Assembly: GCA_950097015.1 (NCBI GenBank)
Contig: CATNEN010000038.1
Coordinates: 18,228,001-18,292,000, forward strand
Direction: 5' to 3'
Length of the DNA stretch: 64,000 nt
Source: Macrostomum hystrix
Lineage: Eukaryota; Animalia; Platyhelminthes
Positions 1 to 11,722 of the stretch are shown here, in pieces (the first letter of the stretch is position 1; each line of letters begins with the position of its first letter). The notes beneath the pieces were generated by a model. That model saw only the letters and a list, made by a program, of their open reading frames with translations, was not told where the DNA came from and made no database searches. The translations under genes were made by a program, and so were the position numbers.

Positions 1-300
1 AGATCTTACAGTTCTCATCCAGATCTTACAGTTCTCATCCAGATCTCACTATTTCTCATTCCGATCTCACAATTTATCATCCAGATCTCACTATCTCTCG
101 TCCAGATCTCACAGTTTGTCATCCAGATATCACCATTTCTCATCCAGATCTCACAGTTCTCATCCAGATCTCACTATTTCTCATCCAGATCTCACAGTTC
201 TCATCCAGATCTCACCATTTCTCATCCAGATATCACCACTTCTCATCTAAATTTTACCATTTCTCATCCAGCTTTCACTTTTTCCTATCCAGATCTCACA
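1..300. repeat. Minisatellite, ~20-21 bp unit (ccagatctcacagttctcat)
   Basis: Degenerate tandem copies visible from base 1; probably intronic to the + strand gene. Confidence 0.9.
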
Positions 301-393
301 GCATCTAGACAATGCGGTACAGACTCTGGTACATGCTCTGGTATCAAAAGGCTTTGAATTTACTCCTTAAAAATCGCACGCATACTGACCCAG

Positions 394-2820
394 GCCTCAT
401 TGGAAAGCGCAAGTCAGACCACTCCTGTTGTCTCGGCCAGTGTGTCCACCTCACCGCATTCAGCTGCTGTCTCCGCTGCCGCCGCTTCGGCCCAGGCCAT
501 CGCTTTGTTATCAATTCCTCCGTCAACTCCACTACGGCATCGCCAACTGTCCATTGTTGATGGTGGCGGCGGAGGCGGAGGCGGCGCCAGTAGCGGCGGT
601 CGGCGACTATCAACAGCCACGGTCGCTGCTCCAGCGTCAGCCAACGCCTCCTTCGCCTCATCGCTTGGCTCCTCCCCGATGCTGGCTCCGATCAGTCCGT
701 CTGACGCTCTGGACGAGTCTCTGATTGGCCTGCAGACTAGCCAAATCCTATTGGAGACCTGCTTCAATTCCGTGCTGGATTGGAGCCCGGCTGATGTACT
801 TCTGGCGCATCTGCACAGCGTTCTGGCGGCTCTGACTTCCGAGGGCGAATCGTACTCTGGCGCCAGAGCTGCCGCCGCTGTTACTGCCACCGACCCGCTG
901 CGCTGCATCCGTTTGGCTGCCGCCGTCAAAGGACTGCTACACGCGTTTCCTCTGCTCATGTTGCTGGGTTTGTACTTTGCTATTGATTGCAGCTCAGTGG
1001 TTGTAGCTCCAGACTATCTTTGACCGGATAGGTTGGGAGTTTGTAATCTCAGAATTTGTAATTCTTGTCGGGATGTCTGGTGACAATAACCACTAAAATG
1101 GGCATCATTTTCTGCTCGTACTCGTAAAATTTTATTATTCATTGTCTGGAAAAGTTGTCTTGAATATTTTTAATGGTTGCCAGCATTTACTGGTGTGATT
1201 GTGGTTGGGTGTTCTCCCCAGTCCGTGGACTGAGCAGCCCATTACGAATTCTTAAGATGCGTCGCCCAATAGCTGCGGATGTACTATCAAAAATTATGAA
1301 TCTAACCTTTTTTTTAATTTTATTGTTTTTAGACAATAATGAAACTCAATTGACGACGTTGCAACAGCCATCAGGTGAAACAGAAGAAATAGAGGAGGAG
1401 CAAAATCAAGAGCAGTCCAAGGTGCTCAACCAAACTGGCTTCAACAACAGCGAGGTGCTTGGCGGCTTCCTATCGGCCAAGTGGGAGCCTTTTCGTGCGG
1501 CAATGGCCGCCCTAGGCGACAGATCGGTGGCCCTGCTGCATGCAGTCAGGTACGGAGCCGAGCCTCTGGTCAAGGACATTGCCACCGCTGCTGTGAGCAT
1601 CTGTTGTCGCCGCTTGACTCCGCTGATCTACTCAATCGGCAACAACAACGTGTCCACCTTTCTTAGCTGGCTAGCCACCAGGCAATGCCCGAACGACGCT
1701 GTTGGCCTAAGAATGCTGGCCTCACTAAAGCAATCAGCTGCTAGTCGTCTCAGCAAACGATGCTCAGATTTGAGACGACTTTTGCGTCTGCTGCGCAAGG
1801 AGCTCAAAGTTATTGCTGTCGGCGGCGACGGCAGCAGCCTTGGCCAGGCTGGAAAAGCTCTGAGAGACTTTGCCGCCAGCATCGACGACCTGCTGGGCGC
1901 TGCTGAGGCTGCTGCGGATCTTGATGAAGACGACTATTGCATTGACGAATACTTAATCGAGAATGGCCCTATAGCTGACGCGATTTCTGATGCCGAATCT
2001 CAAGGGGTTAGTAGCTAATCTAGTATACTATTTTTATATGATTACGAGAAAAACGTAAAACGAGACCCTTTCTAACTTATCAAAAAGCAAAATCACTCTA
2101 GAGTTTTAGTAAGATTCTTGTCTGAGTCAGTAAGATTCTTTTGGGTTTGATTAGGATGTGATTTTTGTATGATTTTTGTGGCTTGTATTGAGTTATTGTG
2201 GATTAAGTAAGATTTTTGCGGGTTAATTTGAATTATTTTTGTTTGAGCATGAGTTTTAGGTTGAGTAGAGTTCTTGTCAGTTAAGCACGATTATTGTAAG
2301 TTTAGTTTAGTTCAGGGTCAGTTGAATTTTGTGTTTTTCTAAGTTCAACATGTTCTGTCTTATGTTTATACCTAGCTAGGCTAAACTATCCAATCTCATC
2401 CCATTCCAGCTGGAGGGCACCGCAACCATGACATTCAACCGTCGGCGCCGACCAAGCCATCAAGTCCCAATTTCGCTGTTGCAATTCTCACAGAGAATCG
2501 ACTGGATCAACGCCTGTCCGAGTTTCGCTCAGCACTCGCGTTCGATTGTGTCCCACTGTCAGCAGGCTCTGCGCTACTTGGAGATTCTGCTTGGTGGCAG
2601 TCAGCTGGAGATCTTCACTCTAGGCTCCAAGTGCCAGATTCAGATGGCGCGCCTTGCTACCGATCTGGACCGGCTGCCGGCTGATTTGCTACTCCGTGCC
2701 GATAACTCAAAAGAGCAGGCCCGCCACTACCAGCAGCGTCTAGCCGCTGCGCTGGAGGCCGCCTGCAGCAGTGCAGCCGAGGTGGTCATTTCTGGCCGGC
2801 AGCGGCACCAGCGGCGTTGA
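394..2820 (+). CDS. 3' exons of an uncharacterised alpha-helical protein (exons ~394-967, 1333-2006, 2410-2820); 5' part probably upstream of the window; weak vinculin/alpha-catenin-like flavour
   Basis: Three GC-rich ORF blocks joined by phase-compatible GT..AG sites (phase 1, then 0); branch-like actgac before the cag at 391-393; stop at 2818-2820. Family not confidently recognised. Confidence 0.65.
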
Positions 2821-3587
2821 GAAGCGAAAGTTAATATTAGAATTTACTATATTTAACTTGTTTAATTTACTCATTTAGGCTTTTGCCAATTCGCTGCTTC
2901 TTAAATAATATTTCTTTATGAAGTTAAGGGTTAATTTAGCTAGTCAGGCATACTAATTTGTGCATTTGCGATTTCGCTGTTTCTTAAAAAACATTTTTCA
3001 GAAATTTTAGGCGGGTAAATTTAGCTAGTCGAACATACTAATTTGTGCATTTTTATTCCGCTGTTTTCACGGTGCTGTTCAATGATCAGTTATTATAAAG
3101 TTAATTACTATTGATTGAGTGCATTTTCTCGCAGCATAAAATGTTACAAATATTTTGTTGTTTACAAAAGCAACAAAATTTAGCTAAATAGTTTCAACAG
3201 TAGACATTTACGGCTTTATTACATTCTATGCAGTGTCTTGCATGCATTTCTGCGGTGGCCACGTTAATGAACAGTCATTTTTATTATAAATATTTTTGTA
3301 ATTTTTCTTTTTCCTGTCTAGTAAATATTTGTTAGCTGTTATATTTTTATTTCCATTTTTTAATAATAATTAAAATATACGAAAAAGCAAAACAAGTAAG
3401 CTTCGAATCATAGCTTGCAAATAAAATTAAAAAAACAATTAGCAATTAGTTTAACTACTGATAAAATAAGAACTTCGAGACCTAAATTGGAATTTCGAAA
3501 AAAATCGGTTAAAATATAATTTAAAATGTAGATTAGTCAATGCCAACTAAAAGCAGCAATAATAAAGTCCAACTCGAAGGCCGCAGT

Positions 3588-6500
3588 TCACAGAGCTAGC
3601 AGCTTCTGGTGCAGCATCTGGGCGAACTTGACCACCAGCGCCGTCCAACCAGTCTGATGGCTGGCGCCGCAGCCGCGCCCCGTGTCGCCGTGGAAGTACT
3701 CGTAGAACAGGGCGTATTCTGAGCCAGTCCAGAGCTTGCTATCGGAAAACTCTTTAGTTGTGCCATGAAGCGGGCGGGCTGACTTTGCACTGTCTCCAGC
3801 AACAGCAGCATCGGGTGTCAGAAATATGGCCAGCACTCGCTGGCAGACCTGTCGAGCGAAACGACGCAGCTGAGGCGCCGGCCGACCTCCCGAATGCATC
3901 CTCATTGCCGCCTGCGCAAGCAGGTAGTTCATGCACAGCCAAACTGGTCCGCGCCAGTTGCTGTTGCCGCCGTACATGCCGGTGCGCGATTCGCCAGGCT
4001 CGTAGTTCAGGGTGCAGCTGCCCGCCTCGGCGGACGAGTTTGGCAGCAGACTGACCGGGTGCTCCTTGTGCCAGCTGGACACCATGCGAACTCCGTAGGG
4101 ACCTGGCATCACGGTGAATATTGGGGTCATTTCAGGGTCGTGGTGGTCAGCTGTGTCATTTTCGGATCAAGGTTAATGAGTGGGGTCAATTTAGGATCAG
4201 TGTGGTCACTCGGGTCATTTCAGTTGGTCATTTGGGTCATTTCAGTTGGTCATTTGGGTCATTTTAGGTGGTCAGTTGAGTCATTTTTGGATCATGGTAG
4301 TCAGTTGGGTCATTTTTGGATCATGGTAGTCAGTTGGGTCATTTTTGGATCATGGTAGTCAGTTGGGTCATTTTTTTATCATGGTAGTCAGTTGGGTCAT
4401 CGCATCGCACGCACCCAGAAATCCTTCGCCGCAGTCCTCGGCCCCAGACGGAAACAGTCTGTCAAACACTCTCTTCCACTCTGCTCCGTTCAGCAGCGAC
4501 ACCAGGCAGCGGTCGCCGGCTGACGGTCGGTCCAGCCGCAGGCCGCTCTTGTCTATGGCCGAGAGCCCGCCAGCCTTGCCGACTAGCAGGTGCCAGTCGA
4601 AGTCCATCACGGCGGTGAGCGGCATCAGTCCCACCATGGATAGGATGCGAATGTAGCTGCGCTTCCATTTGCCATCGGCGTCAAGTTGTTCAATAATGTC
4701 GTAACAGAATCCGCCGCCGTCTGGCGACTGACCTTTGCCACTGTCGGCGGCGTCGAAGTGTCGAAAGCCGCGCTGTAGCCGGGCCAGCCAGTCAAGCCAG
4801 TAGGCGATCTCAGACTCGGCCTGGCCAGTTACTAGGGCCAGTCGCAGGCTGTGCAGGCCCGCCGAGAACACCCAGGCGTAAGCGTCGGCCTGGTAGATCC
4901 GGCAGCCGTCGGGCACCTGAGATCTGTCCAAGGCGCAGATGTTGTCCATGCCGAGGAAGCCGCTTTTAAAGTACACAGCGTCAGCGTCTTCAGCGAAGCA
5001 CTGCGGCTGAACCCGGCGATGCTCCAGCCACCAGGCAAAGTTGCGCTTCAATCTGGGATAAACCCGATTGGCGAAATCCAGATCCCCAGTGGCTTGGTAA
5101 ACTTCGTGAGCAGACCAGGCCAAAACTGGTGGATTCTCGTCGCTGTAGTTGAACTCGCAGCCTGGCACCTGCGGTTGTGTTGGTGTCTGAGTTCTAAGAG
5201 TACTTTGTGCTTGGACTGTGCTTAGCGTGTGCTCACCTGTCCCTCAGGTGACATGTAGCGATCGCTGAGCATGAGCTCAAGCTGGGACTTGGCAAACTCC
5301 GGGTCGATGTCAACCAGCACGGCTGCCTGAAAGCCGGTGTCCCAGGAGGCGTACCAGGGGAATTCCCACTTGTCCGGCATGCTGAGAATGTCCGCGTTGT
5401 CCAGGTGCTCCCAGCCGGTAGGATTCCATCTGGATTGCCGTGTGGATTTCTGATATATTGTCGCTGAAAGCCGAAAACAAAAAATCCCTTTTTGGGATTT
5501 TTCATGTTGATGAATCTCATTAGGATCGCAACATTTGGATTTCTAAAGTATCTTTATTCGTGATTAAAAATAATCCCGACTTTGGAATTTATAAAGAATC
5601 CCTACTTTGGGATTTCAAAAAAATCCCTACTTTGGGATTTCTAAAGAATCTTTACTTTGGGACTTCTAAAGAATCCTCACTTTTAGGATTTCTAAAGAAT
5701 CCCTACTTTTGGGATTTCTAAAGAATCCCTACTTTGGGATTTCTAAAGAATCTCTACTTTGGGATTTCTAAAGAATCCCTACTTTGGGATTTCAAAAAAA
5801 TCCCTACTTTGGGATTTCTAAAGAATCTTTACTTTGGGACTTCTAAAGAATCCTCACTTTTAGGATTTCTAAAGAATCCCTACTTTGGGATTTCTAAAGA
5901 ATCTCTACTTTGGGATTTCTAAAGAATCCCTACTTTGGGATTTCTAAAGAATTTTTACTTTGGGACTTCTAAAGAATCTCTACTTTGGGATTTCTAAAGA
6001 ATCTTTACTTTGGGATTTCTAAAGAATCCTCACTTTTAGGATTTCTAAAGAATCCCTACTTTTGGGATTTCTAAAGAATCCCTACTTCTGGGATTTCTAA
6101 AGAATCCTCACTTTGGGATTTATAAAGAATCCCTTCCCTACGTTGGGATTTCTACAGAATCCCCACTTTTCGAATTTCTTGAAGATCCTATGAAATTTCT
6201 AATGATTATGGGTAAATTTCAGATTTCATATATTAAGAAGTTTAGGATAATTCTCGTGTGATTATTCCCAGACAAACAGTTACGGTACCTGAACGCGTTC
6301 TTGATTCCTGCAGTTTCTCGACAGCGCAGGTACTTGGCTGGCTGGTACTCATAGTACTGCTTGCTCCACAGAAGGCCAGAGTAAGCCAGTCTGCAGATGT
6401 CGGCCAGTTCATTGTGCCCGGTTGGCAGCCAATCCAATACTTCCGAGTAGAATGCTTCGGCTTTGGCTCTTTGCCTAGCAACAATGGCCGAGGCGGCGGC

Positions 6501-9500
6501 TGTGGACTGCTGCGGCTGCTGATGCTGATGCTGGCGTCCCGAGATGCGAACGGACAGCTGGGCATGGTCTTCAGGGCCCACGGTGAGTCGGTGCCAGCTG
6601 CTGCACTTCGTGCCCGAGTCGCCAGGTAGCCGGGGTCTGTCTGACTTGGCGAGGGCGGGGAGGAGACTGAAGGGTGGTAAGGAGGCTCTGAAGTATGGGG
6701 AGGAGACTGAAGGGTGGTAAGGAGGCTCTGAAGTATGGGGAGGAGACTGAAGGGTGGTAAGGAGGCTCTGAAGTATGGGGAGGAGACTGAAGGGTGGTAA
6801 GGAGGCTCTGAAGTATGGGGAGGAGACTGAAGGGTGGTAAGGAGGCTCTCAAGTATGGGGAGGAGACTGAAGGGTGGTAAGGAGGCTCTGAAGTATGGGG
6901 AGGAGACTGAAGGGTGGTAAGGAGGCTCTGAAGTATGGGGAGGAGACTGAAGGGTGGTAAGGAGGCTCTGAAGTATGGGGAGGAGACTGAAGGGTGGTAA
7001 GGAGGCTCTGACTCACCCTTGCCTTCAGCGGCAGTGACGAATCTGGATATGGCATCCTTCTCCCCAACCTCATTCCTGGTAAACAGGATGCCGGAACTCC
7101 CAGTAGAGGTTTTCGCCTGCTTCCGGCTGTCACTATTCGGGTCGCAAAAGTGCACAAAGACCGGTGGCAGTTCCGGGTGGCGGCACTCGACGCAGTCTTT
7201 GTTTGAACCGGTGCCACCGCTAGGAGCAGCCACCGAGATTGTAGGCAGGTCTTTGTTGCTGGGAATCTCGGAGTAGATCGTGTTCCATGTGTTTCTAGGC
7301 ACAATTTTTGCATATTTTTATTTATTTCATGGTTGAACAGTTTACTAAGTTGTCTGTCTTGCCTTTAACTAAAGACAATTAACTGTAATTCAGTTCACCC
7401 AGCTTTAAAATGGGTACCAGTATTAGATGGATAAGAAATTTGGATAGGTGTGAAGGCTGCCCCAACACCTGTAGAATAATAATAACTGCAGGAGAGCGGC
7501 TAACGCATTTGCCTCTCGCACCGAGGTAGCACCAATGGGGCTTGTCCTGCAATTTACGCCCTTGAGGGCCAACCTCCAAGGCACAGCGAGAGTGTACACT
7601 GCCTGACGATGAGAAAGTCATGGTAGATGTACAGGGTGTGTGTGTGCTCAGGAGTTAGCGAAATGGGCAGAATTGCCTCTAGTATCACTAAATGATTTGC
7701 TATTGCCGACAACCCTCCTTCAATAGTCATTAACATTATTTTTCTTATTACTAGATATCCCTATTATCTTCTAATCAAATAAATCGTTTTTTCGCACGAC
7801 ACTACTGAGCAGTAACATGATAGGCAATTTATATGTTTCTAATTATTGTCTTATCAACAGCCGCACCTAAACCAGACGGTAGGCAAAACAGTGAGCGTCC
7901 TCTCCACGGAGCTGCAGTTTCGCACAGTCAGCAGGCAGACGGTGTCGCCCGGATCAATATCGACGGATTCACCGGCGTCTGCAGTATCAGCCCTGGCGTA
8001 CTCGACGCAGACCTCCCAGTAGCCGCCGCCGAAAATTCCAGTGTCGTAGATTTCAAACTCGTCGTCAAGCACTGATCGCTTGGCGTTTTCCTCGATCAAC
8101 TGGCCGTAGGGGAAGGCCTCCACTGGGTACATGTACTTTGCCCGCATGTAGCTGTGACTAGGCGAGTTTAGCTGGTAGAAATAGGCCTCTTTAACATCTT
8201 CACCGTGGTTGCCCTGGGCGTGGGCCCCACCGGTTAGACCGAATAGCTTCTCCTGTTGATGGCAGTGATGTTTGGTAGATTAGACCAGGGGTTGTTGATC
8301 ACAGCCCAGTATCAATTATCAGGGGTTACTGATACAGCCAATCACAGTTGATTAGCAGTATCAATTGCAGCCAATCCACATTGATCAGGGGTTACTAATC
8401 ACAGCCAATCACAGTTGATTAGCACGATCAATCTCAGCCAATCACAGTTGATTAGCAGTATCAATTACAGCCAATCCACATTGATCAGGGGTTACTGATC
8501 ACAGCCAATCACAGTTGATTAGCACGATCAATCTCAGCCAATCACAGTTGATTAGCAATATCAATCGCAGCCAATCCACATTGATCAGGGTTTATTGATC
8601 GCAGCTAATCACAATTGTTTAGCATTATAAGTCGCAGCGAATCAGCATTAGTCAGTGGCGAAAATATACGTTGCAAGTTCAAACCACTAAAAGATAAACT
8701 TTGGAAGTTTATAATATACTTTTATTCATGTATTCATATGGTGACAATGCAATTTCCTAAACACTAAAAGGCATGCAGTAAGCACACGCACAAAGATAAG
8801 AGATGAGTCTAGAAAAGAGTCTAGAAAAGAGTCTGGAGGAGAGGGTAAGAAAGATAAGGCAGGAGAAAAGGGTAAGAAAGATAGGGGCTGGAGGAGAGGG
8901 TAAGAAAGATAGGGGCTGGAGGAGAGGGTAAGAAAGATAGGGGCTGGAGGAGAGGGTAAGAAAGATAGGGGCTGGAGGAGAGGGTAAGAAAGATAGGGGC
9001 TGGAGGAGAGGGTAAGAAAGATAGGGGCTGGAGGAGAGGGTAAGAAAGATAGGGGCTGGAGGAGAGGGTAAGAAAGATAAGGGCAATAGAGAAGAAAGGG
9101 TAAGAAAGAATTGCTGAAGTGACAACTGGGTTGGGAAACATAGTGGCAATAGCTAAATATTGAGCAATTACTCATTAAAGTACTTTCTAAAAGCAGTACA
9201 AAGCAATTGTTTACCTTGACAAACGGGTCTCGGCCGTTCCAGAAGGCCCAGGCGAAGCAGAGCCGGCAGCGCTTGTCGCAGACACCCAGCAGACCGTCCT
9301 CCCCAGCCAGGTAGGGATCTCGGTGTGAGCGCTGGAAGTCGCAGTACTGCCAACAGCTGCCGTCAGCGGACAGGTCCTCGCGAATTGTTGCCCACTGTCT
9401 ATCGGACATGTAGGGCCCGAATTCGATAGGCGATTGTCTAGGCTGCTTAGCAATATCCGCCGGCTGATTCTTGGCACTGGACTTTGCCTGGTGACGCTTC

Positions 9501-9502
9501 AT
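3588..9502 (-). CDS. GH63/MGH1-like glucosidase (YMR196W-type); exons ~9502-9215, 8252-7867, 7294-7017, 6640-6289, 5429-5237, 5168-4415, 4102-3588
   Basis: Family motifs GPYMSDRQWATIRED, GEDGLLGVCD, WNGRDPFVKEKLFGL, GNHGEDVKE, SMPDKWEFPWYASWD, GFLGMDNI, GGNSNWRGPVW, FYEYFHGDTGRGCGASHQTGWT in order; splice phases are compatible. Confidence 0.9.
4120..4400. repeat. Intronic minisatellite, ~29 bp (ggatcatggtagtcagttgggtcattttt)
   Basis: Tandem copies fill the last GH63 intron. Confidence 0.85.
5570..6180. repeat. Intronic minisatellite, ~24-25 bp (gggatttctaaagaatccctacttt)
   Basis: Roughly 24 tandem copies. Confidence 0.9.
6657..7010. repeat. Intronic 40-bp minisatellite (aggagactgaagggtggtaaggaggctctgaagtatgggg), ~9 near-identical copies
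   Basis: Direct inspection; the array makes up almost the whole intron. Confidence 0.95.
7485..7735 (+). mobile_element. Degraded copy of tRNA-derived SINE family A
   Basis: Shares gcccttgagggccaacctccaaggcacag...ctgacgatgagaaagtca...gcgaaatgggcagaattgcct with the copy at 12144. Confidence 0.8.
8287..8650. repeat. 33/34-bp minisatellite with a 100-bp higher-order unit; each unit contains AGCCAATC
   Basis: AGCCAATC at 8336, 8369, 8403, 8436, 8469, 8503, 8536, 8569. Confidence 0.85.
8834..9110. repeat. Intronic 28-bp minisatellite (ggagagggtaagaaagataggggctgga)
   Basis: Tandem copies. Confidence 0.9.
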
Positions 9503-10064
9503 GCTTATTTTCTTCTTTGAGTATAGTTGAAATGTGAGAAGACACGCAGAGTTTCAACAATTTGTACTGCTTGGTGTGGCTGAAATGCAAGGCACAGAAT
9601 GGGGTGCTTATAGAGAGATAATAGAGCCCATTTTTTCAGCTCAGATAGATGAACACTTAATTGGTGGCTGATTAATTGACAGTCGTTATCAAAAATACAA
9701 TTGCTTTCTAGCTAATAGATTATCAACTTAGCCCTTGAAACCGGCCAATGAAATAACTTATAACTTTGGATAATGATATCAAGGTCTCATAGGAGGTCCT
9801 ATGAGTATTCATTCGTGAGTTAAGTTTAAGTTGCGTCCAATTCCAGGTCTATTCCAGGTCCTATAGATATGCAAAGCTATATATACTCTAATTAGCGGTT
9901 TTAATGTGTTTCTAACTTGTTTATAATTGACTCAAGTTTGCTTTCATAAAGATTGGAAGAATATTCCATAGACAAACTGTGTTGATGAAAAAAATAAGTA
10001 AGAATTAACGAGACGACAACTGAGAGAATAGGAATAGAAGCTGAGAGAGATTGACAGGGGATAA

Positions 10065-10945
10065 TAAGTTAGGGGATAGACAGTTAGCTGAAAGAGAGTT
10101 AGGGAGTAGACTACTGTTAGGGGATAGACTGTTAGGGGATAGACTGTTAGGGGATAGACTGTTAGGGGATAGACTGTTAGGGAATAGCCTGTTAGAGGAC
10201 AGACTGTTAGGGGTGGACTGTTAGGGGTAGACTGTTAGGGGTAGACTGTTAGGGGATAGACTGTTAGGGATAGACTGTTAGGAGGTATACTGTTAGGGGA
10301 TAGACTGTTAGGGGATAGAGTGTTAGAGGATAGACTGTTAGGGGATAGAGTGTTAGATGATAGACTGTTAGGGGATAGACTGTTAGGGGATAGAGTGTTA
10401 GAGGATAGACTGTTAGGGGATAGAGTGTTAGATGATAGACTGTTAGGGGATAGACTGTTAGGGGATATACTGTTAGGGGTAGACTGTTAGGGATAGACTG
10501 TTAGGGAATAGAGTGTTAGGGGATATACTGTTAGGGGTAGACTGTTAGGGATAGACTGTTAGGGAATAGAGTGTTAGAGGATAGACTGTTAGGGGATAGA
10601 GTGTTAGGGATAGACTGTTAGGGATAGACTGTTAGGGGATATACTGTTAGGGGTAGACTGTTAGGGATAGACTGTTAGGGAATAGAGTGTTAGAGGATAG
10701 ACTGTTAGGGGATAGAGTGTTAGAGGATAGACTGTTAGGGGATAGACTGTTAGGGGATATACTGTTAGGGGTAGACTGTTAGGGATAGACTGTTAGGGGA
10801 TAGAGTGTTAGAGGATAGACTGTTAGGGGATAGACTGTTAGGGATAGACTGTTAGGGGATAGACTGTTAGGGGATAGACTGTTAGGGGATAGACTGTTAG
10901 GGGATAGACTGTTAGGGATAGACTGTTGGGGGATAGAGTGATAGG
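10065..10945. repeat. Intergenic 15-16 bp minisatellite (gactgttaggggata)
   Basis: About 50 variant copies, most containing TTAGGG. Confidence 0.9.
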
Positions 10946-11722
10946 GAATATACAAAAGAAAAAAAAGAAAAAATGTAAGTCAAGGTTATTTAAATAAGCA
11001 TTGGTAAAACCAGCATTTGCACAAATATTATTATTATTCATAAATATTTGTATTTTTCATTTTATCGTATAAACTGCACATTTGTCTGATAAGAAAGTGT
11101 AGAATAATTAGAAATATCACCAAGGCTATATATCAAGATAATAAGTATCTAAACGACTCCGATTTATAAGCAAAGGAATGTACTTTAAAAACGCAGACAG
11201 AAGAGACAAACTACTTACAGGTGTCAGTAGTTTAACAACGAAACTTGCGCGAAAGTTTCTGATAAAAAATTATAAATTTGAAAGTTTAACTTTTTCCGTT
11301 CCGTTTCCAATGGCATGGCATCAGCAAATCACAAAAAACACATTTTTTTCTACACCTACGAACCAAGCTATCAAAAGAAAGCAAAAATATGAAGCAAAAG
11401 CACAGGTACAGAAATGTGTGCTTAAATATATACGAACTAGAGTGAGAGACAGAGTACTCAAGCACCCATCATGCCTGTCTGTCTGTCTGTCTAAATGTCT
11501 TTTCAGATCTGAATAAGCACAAGCAAAGAAGGCACTCTCAAACAGACGAAACTTTTAGCCGATATGTGTCGAAAAGTGTATCGAAATATGAAGAAACGGG
11601 GCTGGCTATCACAGGAATGTAAGACCATGAGAACTAAGGAAGACTAAAATAAATTTCTTCTTTGTGATTCAAACTGAGGCTTTCCTATTGCTTAAAATAG
11701 CTGACAACAGGTAGATCATCAA

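Noticed and set aside
6657-7010. Regular repeats as a CRISPR array
   Set aside because: Head-to-tail repeats without unique spacers, eukaryotic context, no cas genes
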